Both the position numbers and the translations under genes were made by a program. The notes beneath the pieces are model-generated. The model saw only the letters and a list, made by a program, of their open reading frames with translations, was not told where the DNA came from and did not search any database. 64,000 nucleotides of DNA, taken from NCBI GenBank assembly GCA_963737905.1, contig CAVTUQ010000002.1:160001-224000 (forward strand), written 5' to 3'. Below are positions 1 through 10,064 of the stretch, in pieces. The first letter of the stretch is position 1. Each line of letters begins with the position of its first letter. This stretch comes from an uncultured delta proteobacterium. Lineage in GTDB: Bacteria; Desulfobacterota; Binatia; UBA9968.

Positions 1-226
1 CGGCCTCCGACGTGCGGTAAACGAAACTCCTATCCGCGTACCTCGGCGAGACGCGGATATTGGAGACCTGCAAAGTTTCGTTGGCCGAGGGATTGGATGG
101 AGTTAGGTTCCCGCCCGCTTCAAGCACAAAATAGCGCTTGTCCGGATAGCTTTTTTCAATACTGACGCAAGCGACGACGCACAAAGCCAGCAGCGCCGGC
201 GCACAGAAGATAGACCAGTTTTTCAC
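1..226 (-). CDS. ABC transport auxiliary lipoprotein (PqiC-like), partial; runs off the window start
   Basis: Read manually: GTG at 226 overlaps the mlaD stop. MKNWSIFCAPALLALCVVAC-VSIEKSYPDKRYFVLE gives a lipobox, and it follows an MCE gene. Confidence 0.75.
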   Translation of the reverse strand, partial: MKNWSIFCAPALLALCVVACVSIEKSYPDKRYFVLEAGGNLTPSNPSANETLQVSNIRVSPRYADRSFVYRTSEA

Positions 227-1281
227 CGTTGGATGACTTTCGAGGCTGGCGGCGGTGCGCCAAACAGCAATTGGGACGGATACTTCTTGGAATCGTCCGT
301 AAGCTCTTTCAAATTCTCCGATATCGAGCGCAGGTTGTCCACCGTCTTTTCGATGTCCTGTTGCTGGCCGGAGATCAAGCGATTCAACCGTTGAACGGTC
401 TGCCGCAGTTGAGCGCTGGTATCCGGCAGATCCGCCGAAACCGAATCGAGCCGTTTGCTCAAACGCTCCAGACTCTCCGAAACTTGCGGGAGATCGGCCA
501 GCATTTGATTCAAGGGCTTTTCCGCGCGCTCGATGATCTCCCGCGCGCCTCCCGCCGCTGCCGCCGCGTCAGCGACGACGGACTTGAGCTCCGGACTGGT
601 GACAAGATCTTTCAGCTGGCGATTTGTCTCCCTGACTTCAGTCAGCAGCGCATAGGCTTGGGCGCCGACTTTTTCCACATTGGTTCCTTCCGCCATCTTG
701 GTGATAGCCGCGAGGGATCTGTCAACGCTGCTCATAAGCTGAGGAATATCGAGCTGTTCGAAGTTTTGCAGAATACTTTCTACGGAGTCGCTCAGTTGGA
801 CAATCCTGCTTCGCGCGGAAGGTATGTACGGGTATTTGGGTTGCCAGTCGATTTCCAGGGGCGGATTACGTTCCGGATCGAGATAGTCCGCTTCAAGATA
901 AGCGACACCCGTCAATCCCTGAGCTGCCAAGCGTACCCGAAATCCTCGTTCAAGCTCATTTCTAAAAATTGGATCGTTGGGGTCCGCCAACGGAAACTGA
1001 AACAGGTTCGAGGTTATGCCGACGCGCACGAGAACGTAGCGCCGCCGTGTATCGTATACGGCGCTCGCGAGTGTAATCTCCTCCACCTTCCCCACTAGCA
1101 CGCCGCGGAATTTCATCGGAGAACCGACATCCAACCCCTGCACGGACTCTTGGATGTAAGTCTCCACGAGGGCGGTTCTTTGAAACAGACTGCCGACTCC
1201 CAGAACGACGATTCCGATGACCGCGAGCACCGTGGCGCTGATCACGAATAAACCGATTTTGAAGTAGCTCAGTTTGTTCAT
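223..1281 (-). CDS. mlaD: MCE/MlaD-family substrate-binding protein
   Basis: N-terminal TM, ESVQGLDVGSPMKFRGVLVGKV MCE motif, QGLTGVAYL, coiled-coil tail ending PSQLLFG. Confidence 0.9.
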   Translation of the reverse strand: MNKLSYFKIGLFVISATVLAVIGIVVLGVGSLFQRTALVETYIQESVQGLDVGSPMKFRGVLVGKVEEITLASAVYDTRRRYVLVRVGITSNLFQFPLADPNDPIFRNELERGFRVRLAAQGLTGVAYLEADYLDPERNPPLEIDWQPKYPYIPSARSRIVQLSDSVESILQNFEQLDIPQLMSSVDRSLAAITKMAEGTNVEKVGAQAYALLTEVRETNRQLKDLVTSPELKSVVADAAAAAGGAREIIERAEKPLNQMLADLPQVSESLERLSKRLDSVSADLPDTSAQLRQTVQRLNRLISGQQQDIEKTVDNLRSISENLKELTDDSKKYPSQLLFGAPPPASKVIQR

Positions 1282-1299
1282 CGCAACAGAAGCTTAGCT

Positions 1300-1490
1300 G
1301 GCTGCTGAAAATGACTCATATGCTACGCTCAATCGCTTCGCTTCAGTTGGCTTATGGCGTAGGGCTAATAGCATATGGTTCGGAAGCTCCAACTATATGC
1401 CATAAGCATATCAGCCATATGCGAACTACGCGCGCTTGTCTGCCTAGAGATCTTTTTTGAGCAACCTGCAAACAAGTTTTCGGCAACCTG
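1300..1490. mobile_element. Degenerate MITE-like element with internal heptamer inverted repeat
   Basis: Left end GGCTGCTGAAAA (1300) and two right-end variants TTTTGAGCAACC / TTTTCGGCAACC (~1455, 1477); internal inverted ATGGC/GCCAT-type short repeats; sits between two co-operonic genes. Confidence 0.45.
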
Positions 1491-1525
1491 ATAGAAACAA
1501 TCTAACATCGAGCTGTAAAGCTACG

Positions 1526-2293
1526 TCAAGTATCCGGCGCGGGCTTGCGGGAGAAGAACTGGCGCACCCGCGGATTCTCACTGTGATCGCGCAGTTCCTC
1601 AGGATCGCCAATAGCCACGATGCCCTTTACCTGTTTATCTAACATAATGATCCGATCCGCAATTGCAAAGATACTCGGCAGCTCATGGGTCACAACGACA
1701 AACGTAATCTTCAAGCTGCGCGAGAGACGCAAAACCAGTTCATCCAGTTCGGCGGAAGTCACGGGATCCAATCCCGCCGACAATTCGTCGAGAAAAAGCA
1801 CCCGCGGATCGAGAGCCATGGCCCGCGCGATGGCGCCGCGCTTTTGCATGCCTCCGCTGAGCTCCGACGGCATGAGATCGCCGTACCTTTCCAGTCCGAC
1901 CTGTTTGAGCTTAATCAGGGCGATCAAACGGATCGCGTCGGGCGGCAGATCCGTGAATTCCTCCAACGGCAGAGATATGTTTTCGAGCAGAGTCATGGAA
2001 CCAAACAGGGCGCCGCTTTGATACATGACGCCGAAGGTCCTGAGAATCTCGCGACGCTCTTCGCCCTGCGCCGCGGCGATGTCGTGACCTTCGATAATGA
2101 TCCTGCCCGCAGCGGGTTGGTACAGGCCGATCATATGCTTCAACAATGTGCTCTTGCCCGAACCGGAGCTACCCAGGATAAAAAAAATCTCGCCGGTGAA
2201 GACTTCGAAGTTCACCTCTTCGAGCACCACTTGACCATTGTAGGCCGCGGTGAAATTTTCCACCCGAATGATCGCCTGCCGTTCCGCGCTCAT
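1526..2293 (-). CDS. mlaF: MlaF-like ABC ATPase
   Basis: Walker A GSSGSGKS, LSGGMQKR signature, LFLDE, VTHE. Confidence 0.92.
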   Translation of the reverse strand: MSAERQAIIRVENFTAAYNGQVVLEEVNFEVFTGEIFFILGSSGSGKSTLLKHMIGLYQPAAGRIIIEGHDIAAAQGEERREILRTFGVMYQSGALFGSMTLLENISLPLEEFTDLPPDAIRLIALIKLKQVGLERYGDLMPSELSGGMQKRGAIARAMALDPRVLFLDELSAGLDPVTSAELDELVLRLSRSLKITFVVVTHELPSIFAIADRIIMLDKQVKGIVAIGDPEELRDHSENPRVRQFFSRKPAPDT

Positions 2294-2299
2294 GGTCGT

Positions 2300-3442
2300 T
2301 TAGACGTTGAGATAATAAAAAACCACTGAAAAAATTCCGTCGGTGATAACGATGAGGACAATACCGCTCACCACGGCCCGGGTCGTCGATTCACCCACGG
2401 CGCTCGCCCCGGTGGTGGTTTGTAGCCCGCGAAGGCAGCCGATGGCGGCCACCAGGATGCCGAAAACAAAGGCCTTCACCAACCCGCCGACAAACGAGCC
2501 GTAGGTGACCTGATACTGGACCTGGTGATAGAAAGTGATTAAAGGAATCCCGAAGGAGCGCATCACCACGGCACCGCCGATGAGACCCAGCAAGTCGGCA
2601 AATACCGTCAGCAGCGGTGTCATCACAACAGCGGCGATGACCCGTGTCACCACCAAAAAACGGACCGGATCCAGCCCCATGGTTTTCAGCGCGTCGATCT
2701 CTTCGCGTACTTTCATCGTTCCAAGCTCGGCGGCAAAGGCCGATCCCGAGCGGCCCGCCAGAATGATCGCCGTCATCAGCGGACCCAGCTCGCGCAGCAT
2801 CGCCAGGCCAACGAGGTTTGCTACAAAGACGTCAGCTCCGAATCGACGCAACGAAATCGCTCCCTGAAATGCCATAATCACACCCATGAGAAAACTGACG
2901 AGCACGATGATCGGAAGGGCGTTCACCCCGGCGGTTTCGGCGACCCGCACCGCGTCGCGCCAGCGGACACTCTTAGGATGCATCGCTGCTGTGCCGAGGG
3001 CCGAAACCAGTTCGCCGACAAAACTGATCAGAGATCGGGTATCCTCCCAAAACCCGACAACCGCCCGGCCGACATCCTCGGCGAGATTTGTTTTCGGCCG
3101 CCGTTGACTTTCCAACTGTTCGAGATCGCCCAGGTCCGATTCCTGCAAAAGTCCCTCGAATTCCGGACGCAGCCCGTGAATCTCCAGTTGGCCGCCGGCC
3201 TTGTGCTGCAAGTTACGTAGGTGAACGAACAACGCGATCCCTGACCCGTCGCAGTAGTCAACTTCGGCGGCGTCGACGGTCACGCTTCGGGCTTTCGCGG
3301 TGGCTACCGCCTCCGTTGCCCGCTGCCAAATCCTTCCCGTGGTGTCCGAGTCAAGCCGGCCCTCGATCGTGATGGAGACCACGCCGTCACGAACAGCACC
3401 GGCGCGCAAGCGAACGGCGGACGAGGAGAGATTCTCTTTCAT
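2300..3442 (-). CDS. mlaE: MlaE-family permease with N-terminal STAS domain
   Basis: RELGPLMTAIILAGRSGSAFAAELGTMKVREEIDAL; STAS motif VDYCDGSG; start taken as ATG 3442. Confidence 0.92.
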   Translation of the reverse strand: MKENLSSSAVRLRAGAVRDGVVSITIEGRLDSDTTGRIWQRATEAVATAKARSVTVDAAEVDYCDGSGIALFVHLRNLQHKAGGQLEIHGLRPEFEGLLQESDLGDLEQLESQRRPKTNLAEDVGRAVVGFWEDTRSLISFVGELVSALGTAAMHPKSVRWRDAVRVAETAGVNALPIIVLVSFLMGVIMAFQGAISLRRFGADVFVANLVGLAMLRELGPLMTAIILAGRSGSAFAAELGTMKVREEIDALKTMGLDPVRFLVVTRVIAAVVMTPLLTVFADLLGLIGGAVVMRSFGIPLITFYHQVQYQVTYGSFVGGLVKAFVFGILVAAIGCLRGLQTTTGASAVGESTTRAVVSGIVLIVITDGIFSVVFYYLNV

Positions 3443-3602
3443 GGCATTCCGAATGATCACTTATAGTGCATGTTTTGCCCCCGCCGGTCGAGAGGTCACG
3501 GTTATTAATCCGGAGCAACCCAGTCGGTTGCCTCTGGCACTCCCGACAAGATATAGGAGAAAGAGCTTAGATGTTTTTCACGGAGTTGCAGGAGGATCTA
3601 CC

Positions 3603-3953
3603 ATGGCGAATCACGGCCTTTTACATATCGCGCTGCTGACCCGCGATCTCAAAAAAACCGAACGCTTCTACACGGAGGTTCTCGGTCTGAAGGTTGCCTT
3701 TCGCGTGCCGCCCAACATGGTTTTTCTGCGCTCCCCAGGGAGTCAGGACCTGATTAATTTCGTCGGGACCAAGAAACGCATCTCTCCCGATGATACGCTT
3801 CAACATTTCGGCTTCAAGACAACGAAGGCCCGACTCACAAGCCTAGAGAAAAAACTCAAGGAAAACGAAATCAAGGTCGAAGGCAGACGCGGCAAACACG
3901 CAATCTATTTCTCCGACCCCAACGGCTACACCATCGAGTATTACTCCGACTAG
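3603..3953 (+). CDS. VOC/glyoxalase-family protein
   Basis: GGAGGA SD before ATG 3603; HIAL..DL...RFY..VLG, HFGF, YFSDPNGYTIE. Confidence 0.88.
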   Translation: MANHGLLHIALLTRDLKKTERFYTEVLGLKVAFRVPPNMVFLRSPGSQDLINFVGTKKRISPDDTLQHFGFKTTKARLTSLEKKLKENEIKVEGRRGKHAIYFSDPNGYTIEYYSD

Positions 3954-4000
3954 CCCGCTAGGCGATCGGCAAAAAATAGGGTGCCACGCCTGGGTGGGAA

Positions 4001-4027
4001 GGAACAAAAATCGCCGCGGAGCGTCTA
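4001..4027 (+). promoter_or_regulatory. Putative ECF-sigma promoter
   Basis: GGAAC-N16-CGTCTA, 40 nt upstream of ATG 4068; a similar motif occurs at 31448. Confidence 0.5.
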
Positions 4028-4067
4028 ATCAATTCGAGTAAACTGAGACAATTGCCCATAAGAATGG

Positions 4068-5432
4068 ATGAGCCACACTCTGAGCAGAATTCTCGCAGCA
4101 ATTGAGCTGGCAGCGTTATTGGTACCAGCGACGGGCCGAGCTGTCGTTCGTTACAGCGCTAATTTGGGTGGACCCGTTCGGTAAGTCGGTTTTCCCCGTC
4201 GGGCTGTTTGCGCTCTTACTGATTGCGATAGCCGCCATTGCCGGGCTGTGGCGCATTCTGGCTGCTTTCATCTTTAAAGGTGCCGATTGCTTCCAAGACA
4301 TTCATCGTGTCTGGTGGTGGCTGACAATTGCCGGAGCAGTGATGGTCGTTGCCTCCCTTCCGTTGAGGCTATCGTATCGGTTGCAGTTTGCGCTCCCTGA
4401 TTCACCCTTGACGGACTTTATCTTCTATGTGTCCGCCGTGGGTTATGGGGGGACTTATCTATTGATACCGTTGGCGCCTCCAATCGTGCCGACTGGTTCG
4501 CAGTCCTGGGCGTGCTCGGGTTCAGCCTTATCGGTGTTGCGCTCCATGTCAATCGAACCAACAGCAACCTCATTCCCGGAGTGGCCTGGAGCGATCACTT
4601 TAATGTAAGGGCATGGATCGACCAGACCGTAAACCAATGGGCCTTCCGGACGGTGCTATGGAGCTTCATCGGCCGGTTGGGAGTTTGGATCCTATCACGC
4701 GCGGCGTCTGTCAAACCGGTTACACGCCTGATGCTCGCCGCCCTTGCGACGGGCATCATCCTCGAGGTCCTCCATGCCTTGGGGATGCTTCTGTACCCGT
4801 CACTAGCCATGCAGTATTTTAACACGTCGCGGGCCAACGCCTTATTCCACCCCGTGTTCATAACTCTATCGTGGTGTGTAGGAATCTGGCTAGCCACGCC
4901 CCGCAATCTGGAACAGACCCAAGCGCCCATCGCAGACATAGTTCCAACTGCGCGTCCGCCTCTAGGGCACGGGATGCGGCTGGCTATCCTGGGTATCGCA
5001 GTGATCGTTGTCGCACTCTCGGCGCGCGTCTTTTTCTCCCCAATTTCCTACACCGACCCGCGTATCGAGTTTTTCGCGAGCAATGATCCGTCGCCTAATC
5101 CCTACGGCACCTATAATCTTCTGACGCCGTCGTTTCCGGGTAATGCATCAGCCAAGCTATACGTGCACGCGCTCGTTACACTATTCCATGCACCGGGCCA
5201 ACGCTTAAGGACGATTCCTACCATGTGCCGTCTGGTTGATTCGATGGGGAAGCTTCTCATGGAGCCAAAAGAACTGCTGGTCGGAATCCCGGACGCGGTT
5301 TCCGGCCCCAGATTATATCCGAAGACGTCGTGGATCGCCTTGAGTGCGCGCGGTCCCTGGAAGCCGGGATCATATAGGGTCGACTGTAAACTTCCACGAG
5401 GCGGGGTAGCCGACAGCTTCGCAATGCGCTAA
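4068..5432 (+). CDS. Multi-TM hypothetical membrane protein with soluble C-terminal domain; split by about 2 frameshifts
   Basis: MSHTLSRILAAIELAALLVP from ATG 4068 continues into hydrophobic ORFs 4102-4608 and 4512-5432. Confidence 0.55.
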
Positions 5433-5520
5433 TAAGAGTGATTTCCTTTTGAGGCAATGAACAACAACGGAAACAACTGCTTGTGCAAGGACCGGAACAT
5501 TCAACTCACGGGAGGTGTGT

Positions 5521-5778
5521 ATGGCTAACGAACCATTCGATCCAAAAACCGTCAGCGTCGAGGAGCTTGCCGCTTATTCGCGCAAGGTGCGGCTCGCGCG
5601 CTGGAGTGGAATCGTGGCTGGAGCGCTCCTCATCTGGCCTGCCTTCTGGGCGGCTACACAACTGCTGCCGGACTCGTTGGACTGGGCGGCAATAATTATT
5701 GTCGTTCTCGTTCCTATCGGGGCCTTTCGGCTGATATTTGAGCTACTCAAGCCGCCTGGCGCGAGTATTAAGGACTAA
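5521..5778 (+). CDS. Small 2-TM hypothetical protein
   Basis: GGAGG SD, ATG 5521, two hydrophobic segments. Confidence 0.65.
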   Translation: MANEPFDPKTVSVEELAAYSRKVRLARWSGIVAGALLIWPAFWAATQLLPDSLDWAAIIIVVLVPIGAFRLIFELLKPPGASIKD

Positions 5779-5842
5779 GCCATTCGCTTTGGCAAGGAAC
5801 CTGTCCTGATGCGATAGTCGCCATAGTGGGCATCAGTGTTTC

Positions 5843-6304
5843 TCACGGCCGCACTCGCTGAAATACTCTGATCCGGTCCCCCGAAGTCACAAACTCATCC
5901 GCACCCTTCCATTTAATGGTAACCATTTGCTCCTCGTTGAGGCGCACATGATCAGTCGGTGGAAGAACGTCGCCTCCCCGGCGATCCGTCGTCAGCTTCT
6001 GCGCGATCCACCGAAGGCGTTGCCCCTCCAATCGGTAGATCCCGGTGGCGGTGGCGCGAGCTCCCAGGAAAGTAACCAGCTCAACGTAAGTACCGTCGGT
6101 CCTGAAAGTTTTAAGGCTGACTACGGACCGATCACTTGATTTCCATGAACCAATCAGGGACCGTGCCGACTTCCCAGCGCGCTCACTGTCAGTCTGGCTG
6201 AGGCCGGACGGTGAGGCCAACACGAGGACAAGCTGAAACAAAAAAAGCCAGCGATACATAGATCTGGGCCGCGGCAAGATGGTCAGCGGGAAGGAATTGT
6301 CCAT
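5843..6304 (-). CDS. Hypothetical exported protein (possibly lipocalin-like beta fold)
   Basis: Signal-like YRWLFLFQLVLVLA, then LIGSW and TFRTDGTY; start uncertain. Confidence 0.5.
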   Translation of the reverse strand: MDNSFPLTILPRPRSMYRWLFLFQLVLVLASPSGLSQTDSERAGKSARSLIGSWKSSDRSVVSLKTFRTDGTYVELVTFLGARATATGIYRLEGQRLRWIAQKLTTDRRGGDVLPPTDHVRLNEEQMVTIKWKGADEFVTSGDRIRVFQRVRP

Positions 6305-6435
6305 TGATGCCTGCCTGCCCATTGCAAGTTTGACACAGTACCCGTGATCAGAATATCTTGCTCCGGCTAAAACATGTCCACCCACCCCGTAATCCCCGCA
6401 ACGAACACCAACTCATTCACTACGCCGATATTCCG

Positions 6436-7626
6436 ATGAGAATTCAGTTTTCTCTGTTCGATGGCGATTGGGTCAACCGTTTCTTCTCGTCCATAGGGGT
6501 GGGAGGCCGGCGAGCCCGCGATTTAGCAGCGCGTTGTCTCATACTCGTCGGGCTCACGTGGGTGCCGCTTGCCCTGCTCGCCTATCTAGGCGGCGTAGGC
6601 AAAGGACCTGGAGGTGAGAATTTTTTCAAAGACATTGCGGCCTACATGCAACTTCTGCTGGGGCTGCCGCTCTTCGTCATAGCGGAACGCATTGTCTCGG
6701 TGCATACACGGGAAGCGGCGAGCCAATTCGTGTCAACGGGAGCAATCAGGCATCGCGACGCCCCTCGGTTGGCTAGATTTCACAGCACCATCGAACGGTT
6801 CAGAAAATCGATCACCGCCGATCTCGTGTGCATAGCGATAGCTTACTTTTTGAGCGTCATGACAATTTTGCCCTTGATCGATGATGAAAAACGGACATGG
6901 CATGCATATATACCAGAGGGAGGGATACATGAAGTGCTCAGCGCCGCCGGCTGGTGGGAGCTTCTTGTCGCCCTTCCACTGCTGAACTACTGGTGGCTGA
7001 GGTGGATTTGGAAAATCATTCTGTGGTCCTGGTACCTGTTCCGATTATCCCGATTCCACCTGAGGCTGGTTGCTTCCCACCCGGATCGCACAGGCGGCAT
7101 TGCGTTTTTGAGCGATGTGCAAACACGATTCGGCTTGGTGATTCTCGCTTACGGGGTTACCAATGTGGCATCGACCATCGCGTACAAGATGGCATTCGAG
7201 GGCGCTACGCTCACAGATTATTCAGTCTGGGGTCCCCTGGTGGGATTCATAATTGGCGCCCCGCTTTTGTTCACGATACCGCTCTTCATGTTCACGAAAC
7301 AGCTTCATCGCGCCAAGAAGCGCGCGGTTGAACGGTATCATAGAAGGGCAATTGAGCGCGCTGTCGCCTTTGAACAAAAATGGTTAAATCCACGTTCACA
7401 TGGAAAGCATGATGCGGCTGCAGAAGCCGAGCTGACCGGGTTGAGCAACCTCAACGCCGTGTACGAAAATATTAGAAGGATGCGGGTTGTCCCGTTTGAC
7501 GCCCGGTCGTTCTTGGAGTTGACGATGCAGACAGTCGGTTCACTGCTTCCCATTTTGCCCTATCTTGGCATCCCAGAACCAAACCTAAAAATGCTGGAGA
7601 GTCTGTATAAAGCGCTACCGCGCTAG
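6436..7626 (+). CDS. Conserved-looking multi-TM hypothetical protein
   Basis: About 7-8 TMs, HPDRTGGIAFL motif, C-terminal YENIRRMRVVPFD. Confidence 0.7.
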   Translation: MRIQFSLFDGDWVNRFFSSIGVGGRRARDLAARCLILVGLTWVPLALLAYLGGVGKGPGGENFFKDIAAYMQLLLGLPLFVIAERIVSVHTREAASQFVSTGAIRHRDAPRLARFHSTIERFRKSITADLVCIAIAYFLSVMTILPLIDDEKRTWHAYIPEGGIHEVLSAAGWWELLVALPLLNYWWLRWIWKIILWSWYLFRLSRFHLRLVASHPDRTGGIAFLSDVQTRFGLVILAYGVTNVASTIAYKMAFEGATLTDYSVWGPLVGFIIGAPLLFTIPLFMFTKQLHRAKKRAVERYHRRAIERAVAFEQKWLNPRSHGKHDAAAEAELTGLSNLNAVYENIRRMRVVPFDARSFLELTMQTVGSLLPILPYLGIPEPNLKMLESLYKALPR

Positions 7627-7713
7627 ATTGCGCATGACCCTCTGTGACCGCATAAGCCGGTGGCCCTCTGCACCGAACGAAACACGTAAAACACTATTCC
7701 GAGCCAAGCGGCT

Positions 7714-8346
7714 TTGTGCGCGTGGTCCTGTGTAGCCTCAAGATCGATTCGACATATCTCCTTCTTTTCGCCTTCAACGGGCAATGGAATGTTGGTGAGG
7801 GTAACCTCAGATGGGCCGCGCACGTCTGAATTCAACCAGATTGTGAACTGGGGCAGGTTGCCCTTGCCGCCGGTGTTCGTGGACCTTCCCGCGGCCCTGC
7901 GCATTGCGCGCAACAACGGCATGAAAGGTCCGGCAGATCGCGCTCGCCTCGACATCTGGAACCCCTCCGGCGCACCACCGATCCTTGCCTGGATGATCGG
8001 CGACAAAACAGTCAATGGCGCAACTGGAGAGATGATTGATTATGACGTAACGGGTTACATCGCGCGCTACAATACGCAGTGGCAACACGCTGCAAAGGGA
8101 TTGCTCGCGCTGATGCGCGCGGCGCAAGGGGGAAGATCGAGCGGCGGTTCTCCCAGTATCGGAGGTGATAGTAGCTACCGGGGTTCAGGACCTGACAAGC
8201 CCTATGACGACGGCAGCGCCGCGCGGCAGGAATATGAACGAAGAGCTGCGGAGAGCCGAGCCTACTGGGGCGGCACTGCAGATGATTACAATCGCGTCAA
8301 GAACGGCCAGTGCACCTGGAGCGATTCATCGAGATTCGGCTGTTGA
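7714..8346 (+). CDS. Hypothetical protein, probably 5'-truncated
   Basis: 210-codon ORF with a G/S-rich linker and C-terminal Cys pair; no clear start signal. Confidence 0.45.
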   Translation: MCAWSCVASRSIRHISFFSPSTGNGMLVRVTSDGPRTSEFNQIVNWGRLPLPPVFVDLPAALRIARNNGMKGPADRARLDIWNPSGAPPILAWMIGDKTVNGATGEMIDYDVTGYIARYNTQWQHAAKGLLALMRAAQGGRSSGGSPSIGGDSSYRGSGPDKPYDDGSAARQEYERRAAESRAYWGGTADDYNRVKNGQCTWSDSSRFGC

Positions 8347-8539
8347 ACCACTATTCATGTGTCGAACACCACAGGTTTGATTCAGAGGAACAACACTTGC
8401 GACATACCCTCGCAGATCACCTGGCGTGGCGCCGGCCGGCCCGGTGGTTCTCATTCTTTCAACGCTTCCGTCGGCAGGCACCGCTCCGCACTATTGGCGG
8501 CTGTCGCCAAGGCGGCGATCGCTTGAATGTCGGGCATTC

Positions 8540-9601
8540 TCAGGGGCCAAAGAGATCGAGCTGCGATCCTGCAGAGCGTAAAAAATGTTTCGTCGCGAGC
8601 TCCGGCCAGCGCTTATTGATTCCCGCTTTTTTGCAAGCTAGTTGAAACAACTCTCCCATTTGTTGCGCGAATATTCCCTCGCCTCGCATCCGGCTCTTAA
8701 AGTTAGGGTCGTTGAGCTTGCCACCTCGCATCGAGCGAATCCGGTTGAGCACTTTTTCCTTACGTTCGGGAAAATGTTGCTCCAACCAGTTTTCAAACAA
8801 TGTCTTCACGGCAAACGGTAAGCGCAAAGCGACATAACCGGCAAACGTCGCTCCGGCTTCCGCAGCGGCTCGAGCGATGGCCGGCGCTTCGGCGTCGGTA
8901 AGCCCGGGAATCATCGGCGCTTGCAAGTAGCCCACTGGAATTCCGGCTTCCGCGAGCGCTCTGATCGCTGCCAATCGGCGTGCCGGACTTGATGCGCGCG
9001 GCTCCATCAGGGAGCACAAATTGGGATCCAACGTCGTAAGCGAAATCGTAACGCCGACACACTGATAGCGCGCTAGCTTACGCAGGATATCGATGTCTCG
9101 CGTAACCAGATAATTCTTGGTGACGATGACCACCGGATTGCGAAACTCCAGCAACACTTCCAGGCATCGGCGCGTCAACTGGAGCTTTTTTTCCACGGGC
9201 TGATAACAGTCTGTGACCCCACTCATGGCCAGCACCTGCGGTCGCCACTTAGGATTGGATAATTCCCCGCGTAATAACTCCGGCGCGTCATCCTTCACCA
9301 TGATCTTGCTTTCGAAGTCCAAACCGGAAGAGAAGCCGAGATATTCGTGGGTCGGGCGGGCGTAGCAGTAGATGCACCCATGCTCGCACCCGCGATAAGC
9401 ATTGACGCTGGCGTCAAAGCCAACGTCGGGACTATCGTTATAAGCAATGATCGACTTGGCTGTATCGGGAAAAAACTGAGTATGGGGGGCGGAGATCTCG
9501 TCGTTGCCGTCGGGTGGCTCCGGAATCCGCTCGATGGACTCAAAGCGATTCTTCGGATTGCTGGCCGATCCCCGGCCGCGCACCCCACGCGGAGATTTCA
9601 T
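8540..9601 (-). CDS. PA0069/Rv2578c-family radical SAM protein (SPL-like)
   Basis: NAYRGCEHGCIYCYARPTHEYLG CxxxCxxC, TDCYQPVE. Confidence 0.92.
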   Translation of the reverse strand: MKSPRGVRGRGSASNPKNRFESIERIPEPPDGNDEISAPHTQFFPDTAKSIIAYNDSPDVGFDASVNAYRGCEHGCIYCYARPTHEYLGFSSGLDFESKIMVKDDAPELLRGELSNPKWRPQVLAMSGVTDCYQPVEKKLQLTRRCLEVLLEFRNPVVIVTKNYLVTRDIDILRKLARYQCVGVTISLTTLDPNLCSLMEPRASSPARRLAAIRALAEAGIPVGYLQAPMIPGLTDAEAPAIARAAAEAGATFAGYVALRLPFAVKTLFENWLEQHFPERKEKVLNRIRSMRGGKLNDPNFKSRMRGEGIFAQQMGELFQLACKKAGINKRWPELATKHFLRSAGSQLDLFGP

Positions 9602-9606
9602 GGAAT

Positions 9607-10005
9607 CTATCCGGCGGCTGCCGGCGCCTCTGGGGCTACCGGCGGTGTCGGTGCAGCAGGTTGAGCAGCCTTCGCCGCCGCGACAGTTTTGGCGTCATGC
9701 GCCAGGTGGCGAGTCAATCGTTTGAGCAGTTTCACCTTTCGCTTAATCCGCTTGAGCTTCTTGCGATCGCCGTTCGACGTCAAAAGTTCCGCCTTCTGTT
9801 TCTGCAAAGCGCGAATATCCTGTTTGACCGCGTGAATCGCATTCACATCCTTGACCGACTCGTCATAGGCAATTCCCTGGGATTTGGCGATGGCCTTGAT
9901 GAGATCGTCTTTGTGCATGCCTAACACGCCCTGGAGCTCGGTCAATTCCTTGGCCAAGTCTCTCAATTTCGGCGTCGTCATTCTTTGCAATTCACTTAGA
10001 TCCAT
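9607..10005 (-). CDS. Rho N-terminal-domain-like small basic protein
   Basis: LSELQRMTTPKLRDLAKE...GMHKDDLIKAI, followed by a basic coiled coil. Confidence 0.7.
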   Translation of the reverse strand: MDLSELQRMTTPKLRDLAKELTELQGVLGMHKDDLIKAIAKSQGIAYDESVKDVNAIHAVKQDIRALQKQKAELLTSNGDRKKLKRIKRKVKLLKRLTRHLAHDAKTVAAAKAAQPAAPTPPVAPEAPAAAG

Positions 10006-10064
10006 TTCAAAATTCCTCCCTTTACACCTGATCTTCTGCTAACATATTTTCCGACAAAACCAAA

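Noticed and set aside
229-1098. Long antisense or shadow ORFs (also 39293-40147, 44834-45706, 51402-52313, 52471-53265 and others)
   Set aside because: Opposite well-conserved genes; expected from GC-rich codon bias
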